Source of the DNA: an uncultured Chloroflexia bacterium
GTDB taxonomy: Bacteria; Chloroflexota; Anaerolineae; Anaerolineales; E44-bin32
Assembly: GCA_963789825.1 (NCBI GenBank)
Contig: CAWBME010000007.1
Span: 175,806 to 239,805 of the forward strand
Direction: 5' to 3'
DNA length: 64,000 nucleotides
Shown here: positions 29,418-37,630 of the stretch, one piece after another
How positions within the stretch are numbered: the first letter of the stretch is position 1
Layout: each line of letters begins with the position of its first letter
Translations under genes and position numbers: made by a program
Notes under the pieces: model-generated
The model's database searches: none
Told to the model about the DNA's origin: nothing
Seen by the model: the letters and a program-made list of their open reading frames with translations, nothing else

Positions 29418-29490
29418 TGGCGGGTCCGGGACTTGAACCCGGGACACGAGGCTTATGAGTCCCCTGCTCTGCCAACTGAGCTAACCCGCC
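29418..29490 (-). tRNA. tRNA with anticodon CAT (elongator Met or lysidine-type Ile2)
   Basis: The reverse complement is GGCGGGTTAGCTCAGTTGGCAGAGCAGGGGACTCATAAGCCTCGTGTCCCGGGTTCAAGTCCCGGACCCGCCA. It has a G1-C72 acceptor, loop CTCATAA, and an A31/G39 mismatch. Its overall resemblance is to E. coli tRNA-Ile2 as I recall it. Confidence 0.85.
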
Positions 29491-29567
29491 AGCACATTGC
29501 GGCTGCCGCTGCGCGCCGGCACCGTTTGAGGATTATACCGGTCGGGCAAAGATGTGACAAGAACCGG

Positions 29568-30704
29568 CTAGACATACAGGCTCGCGCCATCCGCCGCGCG
29601 TGAGACTACGGCATCCCCTTCGCGTCCTGTGAGCTGCTGATAGGCCTTCAGGACCTCGCGCGCGAGCTTTCGGCTCCCTCCCCGCTCCGCCAGGCACACG
29701 ACACTCCCCCCGAAGCCCCCGCCCATCATGCGCGCTCCATGACAAGCGGGGTGCCGCTGAGCCAGTGCGGCCAGGGAATCCAGCTCGGGCGTGGAGACTT
29801 GGAAGTCATCGCGCAGGCTGGCATGGCTGGCGTTCATCGCCTGGCCGAAGCGCGTGAGGTCGCCAGCCTGCAGCCAGGCGGCAGCCTCCAGCGTGCGCTG
29901 GTTCTCGGTGATCACATGCCGCGCGCGCTGGTAGAGAGGCGCCGCCAGATCGTCACGCCGCAGGTGTAGGTCGGCCAGACTCGCGTAGCGCAGGCTGGGG
30001 ATGCCCAGAACGCGAGCTGCGGCCTCGCATTCCGCCCTGCGGTCGTTGTAGCCGGAGAGGGAGAGCTCGCGGCGGGTCCCACTGTCCAGCACGACAACCG
30101 CTGCCGAGCCGGGCATGCGCACGTGATCGCGGCTCAGGTCGAGACAATCGATCAACAGCGCGCGTCCCCGCCGTCCGCAGGCGCTGGCCAGCATGTCCAT
30201 GATGCCGCAGCGCACTCCCACCCACTCGTTTTCGGCTCGCTGCACGAGGCGCGCCATGCGAGCCGGCTCCCACTCCAGCCCGCTGACCGCGGCGAATACG
30301 CGGGCGGCGGCCATCTGCACCGCTGCGGAAGACGACAATCCGCTCCCCACAGGGAGCTGGCTGCGGACTACGCCTTCCCAACCGGTGAGCACCACGCCCT
30401 CGTCCTGCAGGGCCCAGGCGACCCCAGCCAGGTAGGCAGGCCAGCCGGAACGAACCGAGGAGAGGTCCCGCAGGTCGAACTCGCTCCGCTGGTCGAAATC
30501 CAGGGACTGCACGCGCACCCGGCTGTCGCCTCGTGGCCGGAAGGCGATGTGGACCGCCAAATCGATCGCCATCGGCAGCACGAAGCCCTGGTTGTAGTCC
30601 GTGTGCTCGCCGATCAGGTTGACCCGGCCCGGGCCGCGTGCCACGCCGGAAGGTGCCGCCCCGAACACTTGCTGGAAGCTGCGTTGAAGGGATTCGGTCT
30701 GCAT
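29568..30704 (-). CDS. galK: galactokinase
   Basis: GRVNLIGEHTDYNQGFVLPMAI is the GalK signature; PVGSGLSSSAA is the GHMP motif. Confidence 0.9.
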   Translation of the reverse strand: MQTESLQRSFQQVFGAAPSGVARGPGRVNLIGEHTDYNQGFVLPMAIDLAVHIAFRPRGDSRVRVQSLDFDQRSEFDLRDLSSVRSGWPAYLAGVAWALQDEGVVLTGWEGVVRSQLPVGSGLSSSAAVQMAAARVFAAVSGLEWEPARMARLVQRAENEWVGVRCGIMDMLASACGRRGRALLIDCLDLSRDHVRMPGSAAVVVLDSGTRRELSLSGYNDRRAECEAAARVLGIPSLRYASLADLHLRRDDLAAPLYQRARHVITENQRTLEAAAWLQAGDLTRFGQAMNASHASLRDDFQVSTPELDSLAALAQRHPACHGARMMGGGFGGSVVCLAERGGSRKLAREVLKAYQQLTGREGDAVVSRAADGASLYV

Positions 30705-30805
30705 GCTTCCGATGATAGCCATCCTTGCCCGAATAGGGCAAGTCCTTTGGAGGGTCCGCCCAGCCCGCGACACCGGCAGCGGTACAATCCGCGCCAGGAC
30801 AAACC

Positions 30806-32617
30806 ATGTTTCGTCGGCGGATCTCCCCTCCCTCGTCTCAACCAGAGCCCGGCTCCCCAGCTCGGGCATCCCTGCGCAGTCTTCCCTGGTCGCGCCTGCT
30901 GCGGTACCTTCGGCCGTACCGGGCTCGGATGGCCGTGGCCCTGGTGGCGCTGGTGGTCGGCTCCGCCCTCAGCCTGGTCTTCCCGGCGGTCATTCGCAGC
31001 CTGGTGGACTCGGTATTCGTCGAGCAGAATCAGCAGCTGCTGAATGCGATCACCGTCGGCCTGATTCTGGTCTTCCTGCTGCGTGCGCTCGCCTCGCTGG
31101 TCGAGACCTACACCCTGGGTTCGACTGGCGAGCGCATCACCGCCGACCTGCGCAATGAGCTGTATGAGCACCTGCTGCGCCTCTCGCTCGACTTCCACCA
31201 GACGCATCGGGTGGGTGAGTTCATCTCACGGCTTACCAACGATGTCACGACGCTACGCGCGACGCTGACACGCGACCTGGGAACCTTCTTGCAGCAGTCG
31301 CTGATCCTGGTCGGCGCGGCGGCGCTGATGTTCGTGCTCAATCCCAGACTCTCGATGTTCATCCTGGTTCTGGCCCCGGCGATGGGGATCCTAGCTGCAG
31401 GGTTCGGCGTGTTCCTGCAGCGCGCCAGCACTCGTCTGCAGGACGAGCTTGCCGGCTCCACAGTGATCTCCGAGGAGGTGCTGCAGAACATTCGTGTGGT
31501 CAAGAGCTTCGCCCGAGAGGAGTTCGAGATCGCCCGCTACGGACGGGCCGTAGTCGGCGCGGTGGTGGCGGCCCTGCGCATGCTGCGCATTCGGTCGGTG
31601 TTTGGAGCGCTGATTGCCTTCCTCGGCTTCAGCATGATTGCCCTGATCCTGTGGTTTGGCGGCCGCGAGGTCCTTGCCGGGCGCCTGACGGCCGGCGACC
31701 TGATCGCCTTCTTGATCTACGCCCTGACGGTGGCCGCCAGCGTCGGAACGCTGGTCGGGCTCTACGCCAACCTGCAGGAGAGCATCGGCGCTTCCCAACG
31801 GGTGTTTGAGTTGATCGACACCGCCCCGCAGCTCGTCGATGCCCGCGATGCGCAGCCGTTGACAGAGGTGCAGGGTGGGCTCGCCTTCCGGCAGGTGCAC
31901 TTCGGGTATGAGGACGACCAGCACGTGCTGCGCGGCGTCAGCTTCGAAGTCGCGCCGGGCGAGATCGTGGCGCTCGTCGGGCCGAGCGGCGCAGGCAAGA
32001 GCACCATCTTCAACCTGATCCCGCGCTTCTATGATCCGACTCAAGGCTCGATCCTGCTGGAAGGGATCGACCTGCGCCAGCTCACACAGCGCAGCCTGCG
32101 CGAGCAGATCGCCATCGTCCCGCAGGAGACGATTCTGTTTGGCGGCTCGATCGAGGAAAACATCCGCTACGGCCGCCTGGAGGCCACCGTCAGCGAGGTG
32201 GAGGCCGCAGCGCAGGCCGCCAACGCCCTCGCCTTCATCGGCGAGCTCCCGCAAGGCTATCAGACCGTTGTCGGCGAGCGCGGCGTCCGGCTAAGCGGCG
32301 GACAGCGGCAGCGGGTGGCGATTGCCCGGGCTCTCTTGAAGGATCCGCGCATTCTGCTGCTCGACGAAGCCACCTCGAGCCTCGACAGCGAGAGCGAACA
32401 GCTGGTACAGGACGCCCTGACCCGCCTGATGCAGGGTCGCACAACGCTGATCATTGCCCATCGCTTGAGCACCGTGCGCCACGCTGACCGGATCCTGGTC
32501 TTGGACAAGGGTCAGATCGTCGAAGCCGGCTCGCACGACCAACTGCTCGGCGGCGGCGGTCTGTATGCCCGGTTGCACGCCATGCAGTTCCGCGAAGACG
32601 CCATTCTCCTTCCTTGA
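30806..32617 (+). CDS. ABC transporter, fused permease/ATPase (MsbA/multidrug exporter type)
   Basis: Six-helix TMD, then GPSGAGKST (Walker A), LSGGQRQRVAIARAL (signature), LLLDEATSSLD (Walker B). Confidence 0.9.
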   Translation: MFRRRISPPSSQPEPGSPARASLRSLPWSRLLRYLRPYRARMAVALVALVVGSALSLVFPAVIRSLVDSVFVEQNQQLLNAITVGLILVFLLRALASLVETYTLGSTGERITADLRNELYEHLLRLSLDFHQTHRVGEFISRLTNDVTTLRATLTRDLGTFLQQSLILVGAAALMFVLNPRLSMFILVLAPAMGILAAGFGVFLQRASTRLQDELAGSTVISEEVLQNIRVVKSFAREEFEIARYGRAVVGAVVAALRMLRIRSVFGALIAFLGFSMIALILWFGGREVLAGRLTAGDLIAFLIYALTVAASVGTLVGLYANLQESIGASQRVFELIDTAPQLVDARDAQPLTEVQGGLAFRQVHFGYEDDQHVLRGVSFEVAPGEIVALVGPSGAGKSTIFNLIPRFYDPTQGSILLEGIDLRQLTQRSLREQIAIVPQETILFGGSIEENIRYGRLEATVSEVEAAAQAANALAFIGELPQGYQTVVGERGVRLSGGQRQRVAIARALLKDPRILLLDEATSSLDSESEQLVQDALTRLMQGRTTLIIAHRLSTVRHADRILVLDKGQIVEAGSHDQLLGGGGLYARLHAMQFREDAILLP

Positions 32618-32659
32618 CGGGGCCGCTCGGCGCGCGGGATCCGCCGCCGGCACGCGGGG

Positions 32660-33399
32660 AGCTCTGCAGGACGCGATCTACGGGGTCGGCATCCGTGCCG
32701 TAGCTGTCCCGCCTCTCTCCATCAGGCTCATGACCACCTCCTTCAGCCTACTGGACTTCATCCGCCCATTCATCGATGGGCGCCTGCCCAAGTTCGGCAT
32801 CAGCGAAGGCGTGGCGGTTTTTGGGCTACGGCTGCAGGCCTGGCATGGATACGATGCTCGCCGCCGCGGAGGGGCGAGTCCGGCCAGGTGCACGCCGTCG
32901 ACGTCCACGAGCTGGCCGTTCCGTCGAACCGACGCAGGATCGATCGATTCGGCCTTGAGAACGCCGCGCCGGTGCTGACGGTGTACCATCGATCCGCCGA
33001 CCTACCCTGCGCCATCGGCAGGGTCCTCGCCAATGCCGATCCTGACCCCTTCCTCGGAGAACTCAGGAGCTCGACCAGGAAGGGCGGTGTCCTCGCAATC
33101 GACGATGGCCGCCAGTCTCGGGTAACGACCAAGAGGAAACTGGCACAAGGCGGTCGAGGAGCCGGGCACAGGCCTGCGCCAAGATAGGCGACATGTTCGA
33201 GCAGGCCGTGTGCCGCTCCGGACAGGTCAAGGTCGGCTACATCGATGCGGCGGCGCTCGAAGAGGCCGAGAGGATCAAGACCCTGGCTGAGGCTCGCTTG
33301 AGTGTCGTCGAGTTGCTGATCGCCAAGCTGTCACCGGCGTTGGGGATGCACTCCGGGCGGAGCACAGCCGGCCCGTGCTACGTCCCGATCGAAGAATGA
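32660..33399 (+). pseudogene. DegV-family lipid-binding protein remnant (multiple frame breaks and an apparent internal deletion)
   Basis: Pieces in three frames: GVGIRAVAVPPLSIRL; DGRLPKFGISEGVAVFGLRLQAWHGYDA (compare DegV LPkTSqPSpG.F...y..l...GyD); RKGGVLAIDDGRQSRVTTKRK; and the C-terminus VKVGYIDAAALEEAERIKTLAEARLSVVELLIAKLSPALGMHSG. Confidence 0.45.
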
Positions 33400-33540
33400 G
33401 CCTTCACCTGGGGGCAACCTCAGCCCGCATCCGGTCGCCAGAGCCCGACGCCCGGCAGGATCGTGAGGGGGACCCCCTCGGCTATCCCGGCTGAGGCTGC
33501 GGCCGATCGGCTTTCGCGAAACCCTGAGCCTCCCGCTGAC

Positions 33541-34545
33541 TCACCGGGTTGACCCCGCGCCGGCGACAGCCTGGCGGTTGTCTCTTAGCCAGGCAACCAT
33601 GTCCTCCAACGAATCACGCACTGGGCGCGGCGCGAAGTGAAGCTCGCGCGCAGCTTTGGCATGGCTGATGATCGAATTGCTGGCCAGCGTTTCGAGCGAG
33701 TAGGGTGTGATGCGAGGCCGGGCGTGGGCCAGTCGGTAGTAGGCCGGCGCGGCTCGGGCTGCCCAACGCGCCAACCCGAAGGGGACGCGGATCCGGGCGA
33801 AGCCTTGCCGGGTGATCTCGGCCACGGAGTCCAACAGGCGGCGCACGCTGATCTGCTCGCCTCCCAGGAGGTAGGACTCTCCCGGTCGGCCATGCTCGCA
33901 CGCCTGGATCATGCCGTCGGCGACATCGCGCACGTCGACGAAGTCATACGCGCCGTCGACGTACAGCTGCGGCTGGCCGGCCATGCAGCTCAGCACCAGG
34001 TCGGCGATCTCGGAGCGGCGGAAGTCGTTGGGCCCGATCACCCCCGTCGGGCAGACGATGGTTGCGGGCAAGCCTGCGCGTGCCGCCTGCAGCACTTCGA
34101 GCGAGGCCTGCGCCTTGGACGCATCGTAGGCGCTGAGCGCGCCCTCGGGGTCGAACGGCAGGCTCTCGTCGATCAGCACACCGTGCGGCACGCGGCGCAA
34201 GGCATGAATCGAGCTCGTGTATACCAGTCGCTCGACCCCCGACTGCCGCGCCGCCTGCAGCACGTGCCGCGTGCCCACCACGTTGACCGCCCGCAGCAGG
34301 CGCTGCTGTCCCGGCAGGATCGAGATGAGCCCGGCCAGATGGTAGACCCGAGTCACCCGATCGAAGGCGCGCAGGATCGAGGTGAAGTCGAGCACATCCG
34401 CTCTGACCTGCTCCGCCTCGACTCCTTCCAGGGGCGCGGCGTCTTCTCCGGGGAGCAGCATGGCCCGCACCCGCTGCCCGCGCCCCACCAACGCTCGGAC
34501 CAGGGTGTTGCCGATGTGCCCCGTCGCACCCGTGACCAGGATCAT
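33541..34545 (-). CDS. NAD-dependent epimerase/dehydratase-family SDR
   Basis: MILVTGATGHIGNTLVRAL is a Rossmann GxxGxxG fold; YDASKAQAS is the YxxxK motif. Its ATG overlaps the TetR stop (ATGA). Confidence 0.8.
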   Translation of the reverse strand: MILVTGATGHIGNTLVRALVGRGQRVRAMLLPGEDAAPLEGVEAEQVRADVLDFTSILRAFDRVTRVYHLAGLISILPGQQRLLRAVNVVGTRHVLQAARQSGVERLVYTSSIHALRRVPHGVLIDESLPFDPEGALSAYDASKAQASLEVLQAARAGLPATIVCPTGVIGPNDFRRSEIADLVLSCMAGQPQLYVDGAYDFVDVRDVADGMIQACEHGRPGESYLLGGEQISVRRLLDSVAEITRQGFARIRVPFGLARWAARAAPAYYRLAHARPRITPYSLETLASNSIISHAKAARELHFAPRPVRDSLEDMVAWLRDNRQAVAGAGSTR

Positions 34546-35138
34546 CGCCTGCCCTCCCGCAGCCCTTCGAGAAGCAGGCCGACCGTCGCCCGCAACGTAT
34601 CCCCCCACTCCTCGTCCTCCGGCGCGAACTGGGCTTGCATCAGCATGCCCAGCGCCGTGGAGGTCAGCAGGACGGCTGAGAGTCGCGGCGAGGTCCGCCG
34701 GAAATCCCCCCGCTCGATCCCCTGGCCGATCAGACGCTCGAAGTAGGTCAGGTAGCGCGTATACGGCTCAGCCGCCCGCTCCCATATCGCCGGATCGCGC
34801 TGGGCATGTGCCCAGAACTCGACAAACAACCCCAAGCGCAATTCCGGACGGCGAATGCCCTGCGCCACAAGGTCGGCCATGCGTTCGAGCGCGGTGGGCA
34901 CGTCAGCGGTCTGCTGCACGGCGGAGGCGAAGCTGGCGTCGAGCGCTGCCAGCCAGCTGTCGAGCAACTCGAGGAACAGATCGTGCTTGGAGGCGAAGTG
35001 ATGGTAGAAGGCTCCCTTGCTGGCGCCGGCAGAGCGGCAGATCTCCGCTACGCCGGTCGCGTCGTATCCACCGGTGGCGAACAGGCCCTCGGCCGTGCGC
35101 AGAATGTGCTGACGGGTGGATTCTCCGCTGCGAGGCAC
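34542..35138 (-). CDS. TetR-family transcriptional regulator
   Basis: STRQHILRTAEGLFATGGYDATGVAEICRSAGASKGAFYHHFASKHDLF is a TetR HTH. GGGAGAAG lies just upstream of the GTG at 35138. Confidence 0.8.
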   Translation of the reverse strand: MPRSGESTRQHILRTAEGLFATGGYDATGVAEICRSAGASKGAFYHHFASKHDLFLELLDSWLAALDASFASAVQQTADVPTALERMADLVAQGIRRPELRLGLFVEFWAHAQRDPAIWERAAEPYTRYLTYFERLIGQGIERGDFRRTSPRLSAVLLTSTALGMLMQAQFAPEDEEWGDTLRATVGLLLEGLREGRR

Positions 35139-35177
35139 GCTTCTCCCTTCGACCGCCGTCGGCTCGATCAAGACTAG

Positions 35178-35191
35178 ACCGACCGGTCGGT
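35178..35191. promoter_or_regulatory. perfect 14-bp palindrome, candidate TetR operator
   Basis: ACCGACCGGTCGGT is self-complementary. It lies 40 nt upstream of the TetR start, with TAGTCT immediately downstream on the minus strand. Confidence 0.5.
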
Positions 35192-35355
35192 TTCGATGAT
35201 ACCTCAGGATTGGCTCCCGGACAACCCGCCTTCCAGGCGCCCCACGTCGAACTGGCTGGTTCGCCTGCCTGTCGCAGGCCCGTCGCGACGCCGCACCCGG
35301 CTGCGCTCGCCGTGGCCTATAATGGCGCTTGGTCCGGACATCGCTCGAGGTGAAG

Positions 35356-36219
35356 ATGACAACAGCACACCGTTTGGCCCTGGTTTGTGCGCTGCTGGGA
35401 TCGGGGTTGTTGGCTGCCTGCAATGGCGCGATCTCACAGCAGGCGGCCATCGAAGCCACGCTGACAATGGACGCTCTGAGCGTGGTTGTGCAGTCGACAC
35501 TGGCCGCGGCACCAGCCGGCCAGCCCACGCTCCCACAGCAGCCGGCCCAGCCGTCTGCGACCCCTCAGCCGCCCGCGCCGGCGGATACCCCCACCCCAGA
35601 GGCGACGGCTGCCCCGGCCATCCCGCAAGCCGCTATCAGCGAGAACACCAATTGTCGCTCTGGGCCGGGGACGGTCTACGACCTGGTGTACTCGGCCCTG
35701 GCGGGGAGCCAATTCACGATCATTGCCGGCAGCGCTGTCCCCGAGTACGTGGTGATCGAGATCCCTGGCAAGCCCGGCCAGACCTGCTGGCTGTGGACGC
35801 GCTATGCGAGCATTTCCGGAGACGTCAATGCCCTCGCCAAGCAGCCCGCTCCGCCCACCCCGACGCCCTCGGTCGGGTTTTCCCTCAAGTACAGCCGCAT
35901 CAATTCGTGCGTCGGGTGGGGAATCGAATTCAAGGTGGTCAACACGGGCAGCCTGACCCTCAAATCGTACAAAGTCAGAGTCGAGGACACAGACACGAGC
36001 CATCACGATCGACCAGTCCGCCGACCACTTTGACAAGCACCTGGGCTGCACCATCGACACAGCGATCGCCGAGCTTGATCCCGGGGACGGAGGCTATGCC
36101 TACGCTTACGACTTCCCCTACGATCCGTCGGGGCACGCGCTGAAAGGCAAGGTGACTGCGTGCACCGAGCTCGGATTGGGGGGACAGTGCAGCTCCCGGT
36201 CGGTGAACTTCGAGCCCTG
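35356..36219 (+). CDS. SH3b-domain lipoprotein (frame disrupted near 35990)
   Basis: TATAAT at 35318-23 and GAGGTGA before the ATG at 35356. MTTAHRLALVCALLGSGLLAAC is a lipobox. Then a Pro/Ala linker and NCRSGPGTVYDLVYSALAGSQFTIIAGS...CWLW (SH3b-like). The tail ...ITIDQSADHFDKHLGCTIDTAIAELDPGDGGYAYAYDF...SVNFEP* is in a second frame. Confidence 0.6.
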
Positions 36220-36273
36220 AGCCCCTCCGAGCACCAAGCGCCCCCCGCAGCACCGGGGACCCTCACAGAAGCC

Positions 36274-36304
36274 GGCCGCGCGTGACACGGTGTCACGCGC
36301 GGCC
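36274..36304. terminator. strong GC-rich stem-loop
   Basis: GGCCGCGCGTGACAC-g-GTGTCACGCGCGGCC has perfect 15-nt inverted arms. It lies between the lipoprotein gene (+) and the minus-strand tRNA/ftsB-like block. Confidence 0.55.
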
Positions 36305-36870
36305 GTACCGTTTCGCGGGACTGTGCCCTTCTTCCTCAGCGACCGTGGACCGATCTCGCCAGGCGATGAGTCTGTGCTAGGGGGGCCAGCGGGTGTCAAT
36401 TGTCGCCCGATACTGGTCCAGCGATGATCGGCCAAACTGGTCCGCTCGATCACGGTGGAGCCGGGAGGCCCCCTGCTGATGGGATGGCGTCTCAAGGATA
36501 GCGGTCAGGCGTCGTCCATCTGGTCATTGGGTTCCTCCTCCAGGGCGGTCGAAGCCGGGAAACCCCGTTCGGGCCGGCGCCCTGGCGGGCGCTCGTCCCG
36601 CCGGGGCGAACGGCCTGACGGTCGGAGGTTCCTTTTCTTGCCCGCGGTTTTCGAGGGTCCCGGCCGCGCGACCGTTTGTGCGGGGACCCTGTTCAACCTC
36701 GCATCGCTTTCCTCGGGATCGCGGACCTTCAGGGTCGGGAGCTAGGAGACGTGAACGAACCTGACGGTCTCCGGTTCATCGAAGAACCTCCGGATTCGCC
36801 AGGTCCGAGAACCAAAGACCGCCAGGTCACCCCGACTCGGGGAGCCTGACGGACCAAGGTTGTGCTCAGG

Positions 36871-36942
36871 TAGCGGGGCTAGGATTTGAACCTAGGACCT
36901 TCAGGTTATGAGCCTGACGAGCTGCCACTGCTCCACCCCGCA
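36871..36942 (-). tRNA. initiator-like tRNA-Met (anticodon CAT)
   Basis: The reverse complement is TGCGGGGTGGAGCAGTGGCAGCTCGTCAGGCTCATAACCTGAAGGTCCTAGGTTCAAATCCTAGCCCCGCTA. It is near-identical in layout to E. coli tRNA-fMet as I recall it, with a 1:72 mismatch (U/U) and A11:U24. The anticodon stem has only two of the three G:C pairs. Confidence 0.85.
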
Positions 36943-37002
36943 ACGGGGCCTCTTGTCGAGGAGAGGGCAGTATACCACGCCCGTCGCGGGCCGGTCAAGA
37001 CG

Positions 37003-37392
37003 TCAGTCGCCGAAGAGCAGGAGCTGCCAAACCTCCAGCCGGGTGGGAGGCATCGGGAATGGAGTTGGTGTGGGAAGTGCCGGTTCGACATAGCCCCCCA
37101 CGGGCACCGGCACGATCAACACCTCGCCATCCCGAGCCAGCTTAGCCTGCATGCGTGCCCAGCGCTCGACGACCACATCGTTGTCTGCCTGGACGATCTG
37201 TGTCTGCAGGCGAAGCTGGTCCTGCTCAAGCGCGGCGACCTCGGTCGCCAGCATACCGGCGTCGCGCTCCAGACGCCGGGCGTCGTTCATCCGACGGTTC
37301 AGGTCCCCCAGGATCAGGATCCCAATGACCGCCAGGAAGGCAATCCACACCCGCCCCAAGGGCGGCTTGACTCTCTTCTCGCTTTCGGCCAT
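37003..37392 (-). CDS. FtsB/DivIC-family septum formation initiator-like protein
   Basis: N-terminal TM WIAFLAVIGILILG, a coiled-coil segment LERDAGMLATEVAALEQDQLRLQTQIVQ, then ERWARMQAKLARDGEVLIVP. Confidence 0.65.
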   Translation of the reverse strand: MAESEKRVKPPLGRVWIAFLAVIGILILGDLNRRMNDARRLERDAGMLATEVAALEQDQLRLQTQIVQADNDVVVERWARMQAKLARDGEVLIVPVPVGGYVEPALPTPTPFPMPPTRLEVWQLLLFGD

Positions 37393-37469
37393 TGCGCCAG
37401 AATTGTAGCCCCACGCGGCGAGCCTCGCAAGCCTCTACACAGCGAGGGCCCCTTACCGGGGCCCTCGGA

Positions 37470-37554
37470 TGCCGAAGGTGGGATTTGAACCCACACGAGC
37501 GTAATGCTCACTGCGCCCTGAACGCAGCGCGTCTGCCAATTCCGCCACTCCGGC
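37470..37554 (-). tRNA. tRNA-Leu (anticodon CAG)
   Basis: The reverse complement is GCCGGAGTGGCGGAATTGGCAGACGCGCTGCGTTCAGGGCGCAGTGAGCATTACGCTCGTGTGGGTTCAAATCCCACCTTCGGCA. It has a long variable arm and loop TTCAGGG. Confidence 0.9.
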
Positions 37555-37630
37555 GCGGCAAGAATTCTACATTAGACAGGCGGATTGTCAACGAACAGTT
37601 TCCCGACTGGCCCTTGCCCGAGGGCCGGCC

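Noticed and set aside
36505-36696. 63-aa highly basic ORF (TTG start) downstream of the initiator-like tRNA
   Set aside because: It has a non-ATG start with a poor RBS, a disordered low-complexity sequence, and overlapping ORFs on the other strand. It is not supportable without expression or conservation data.
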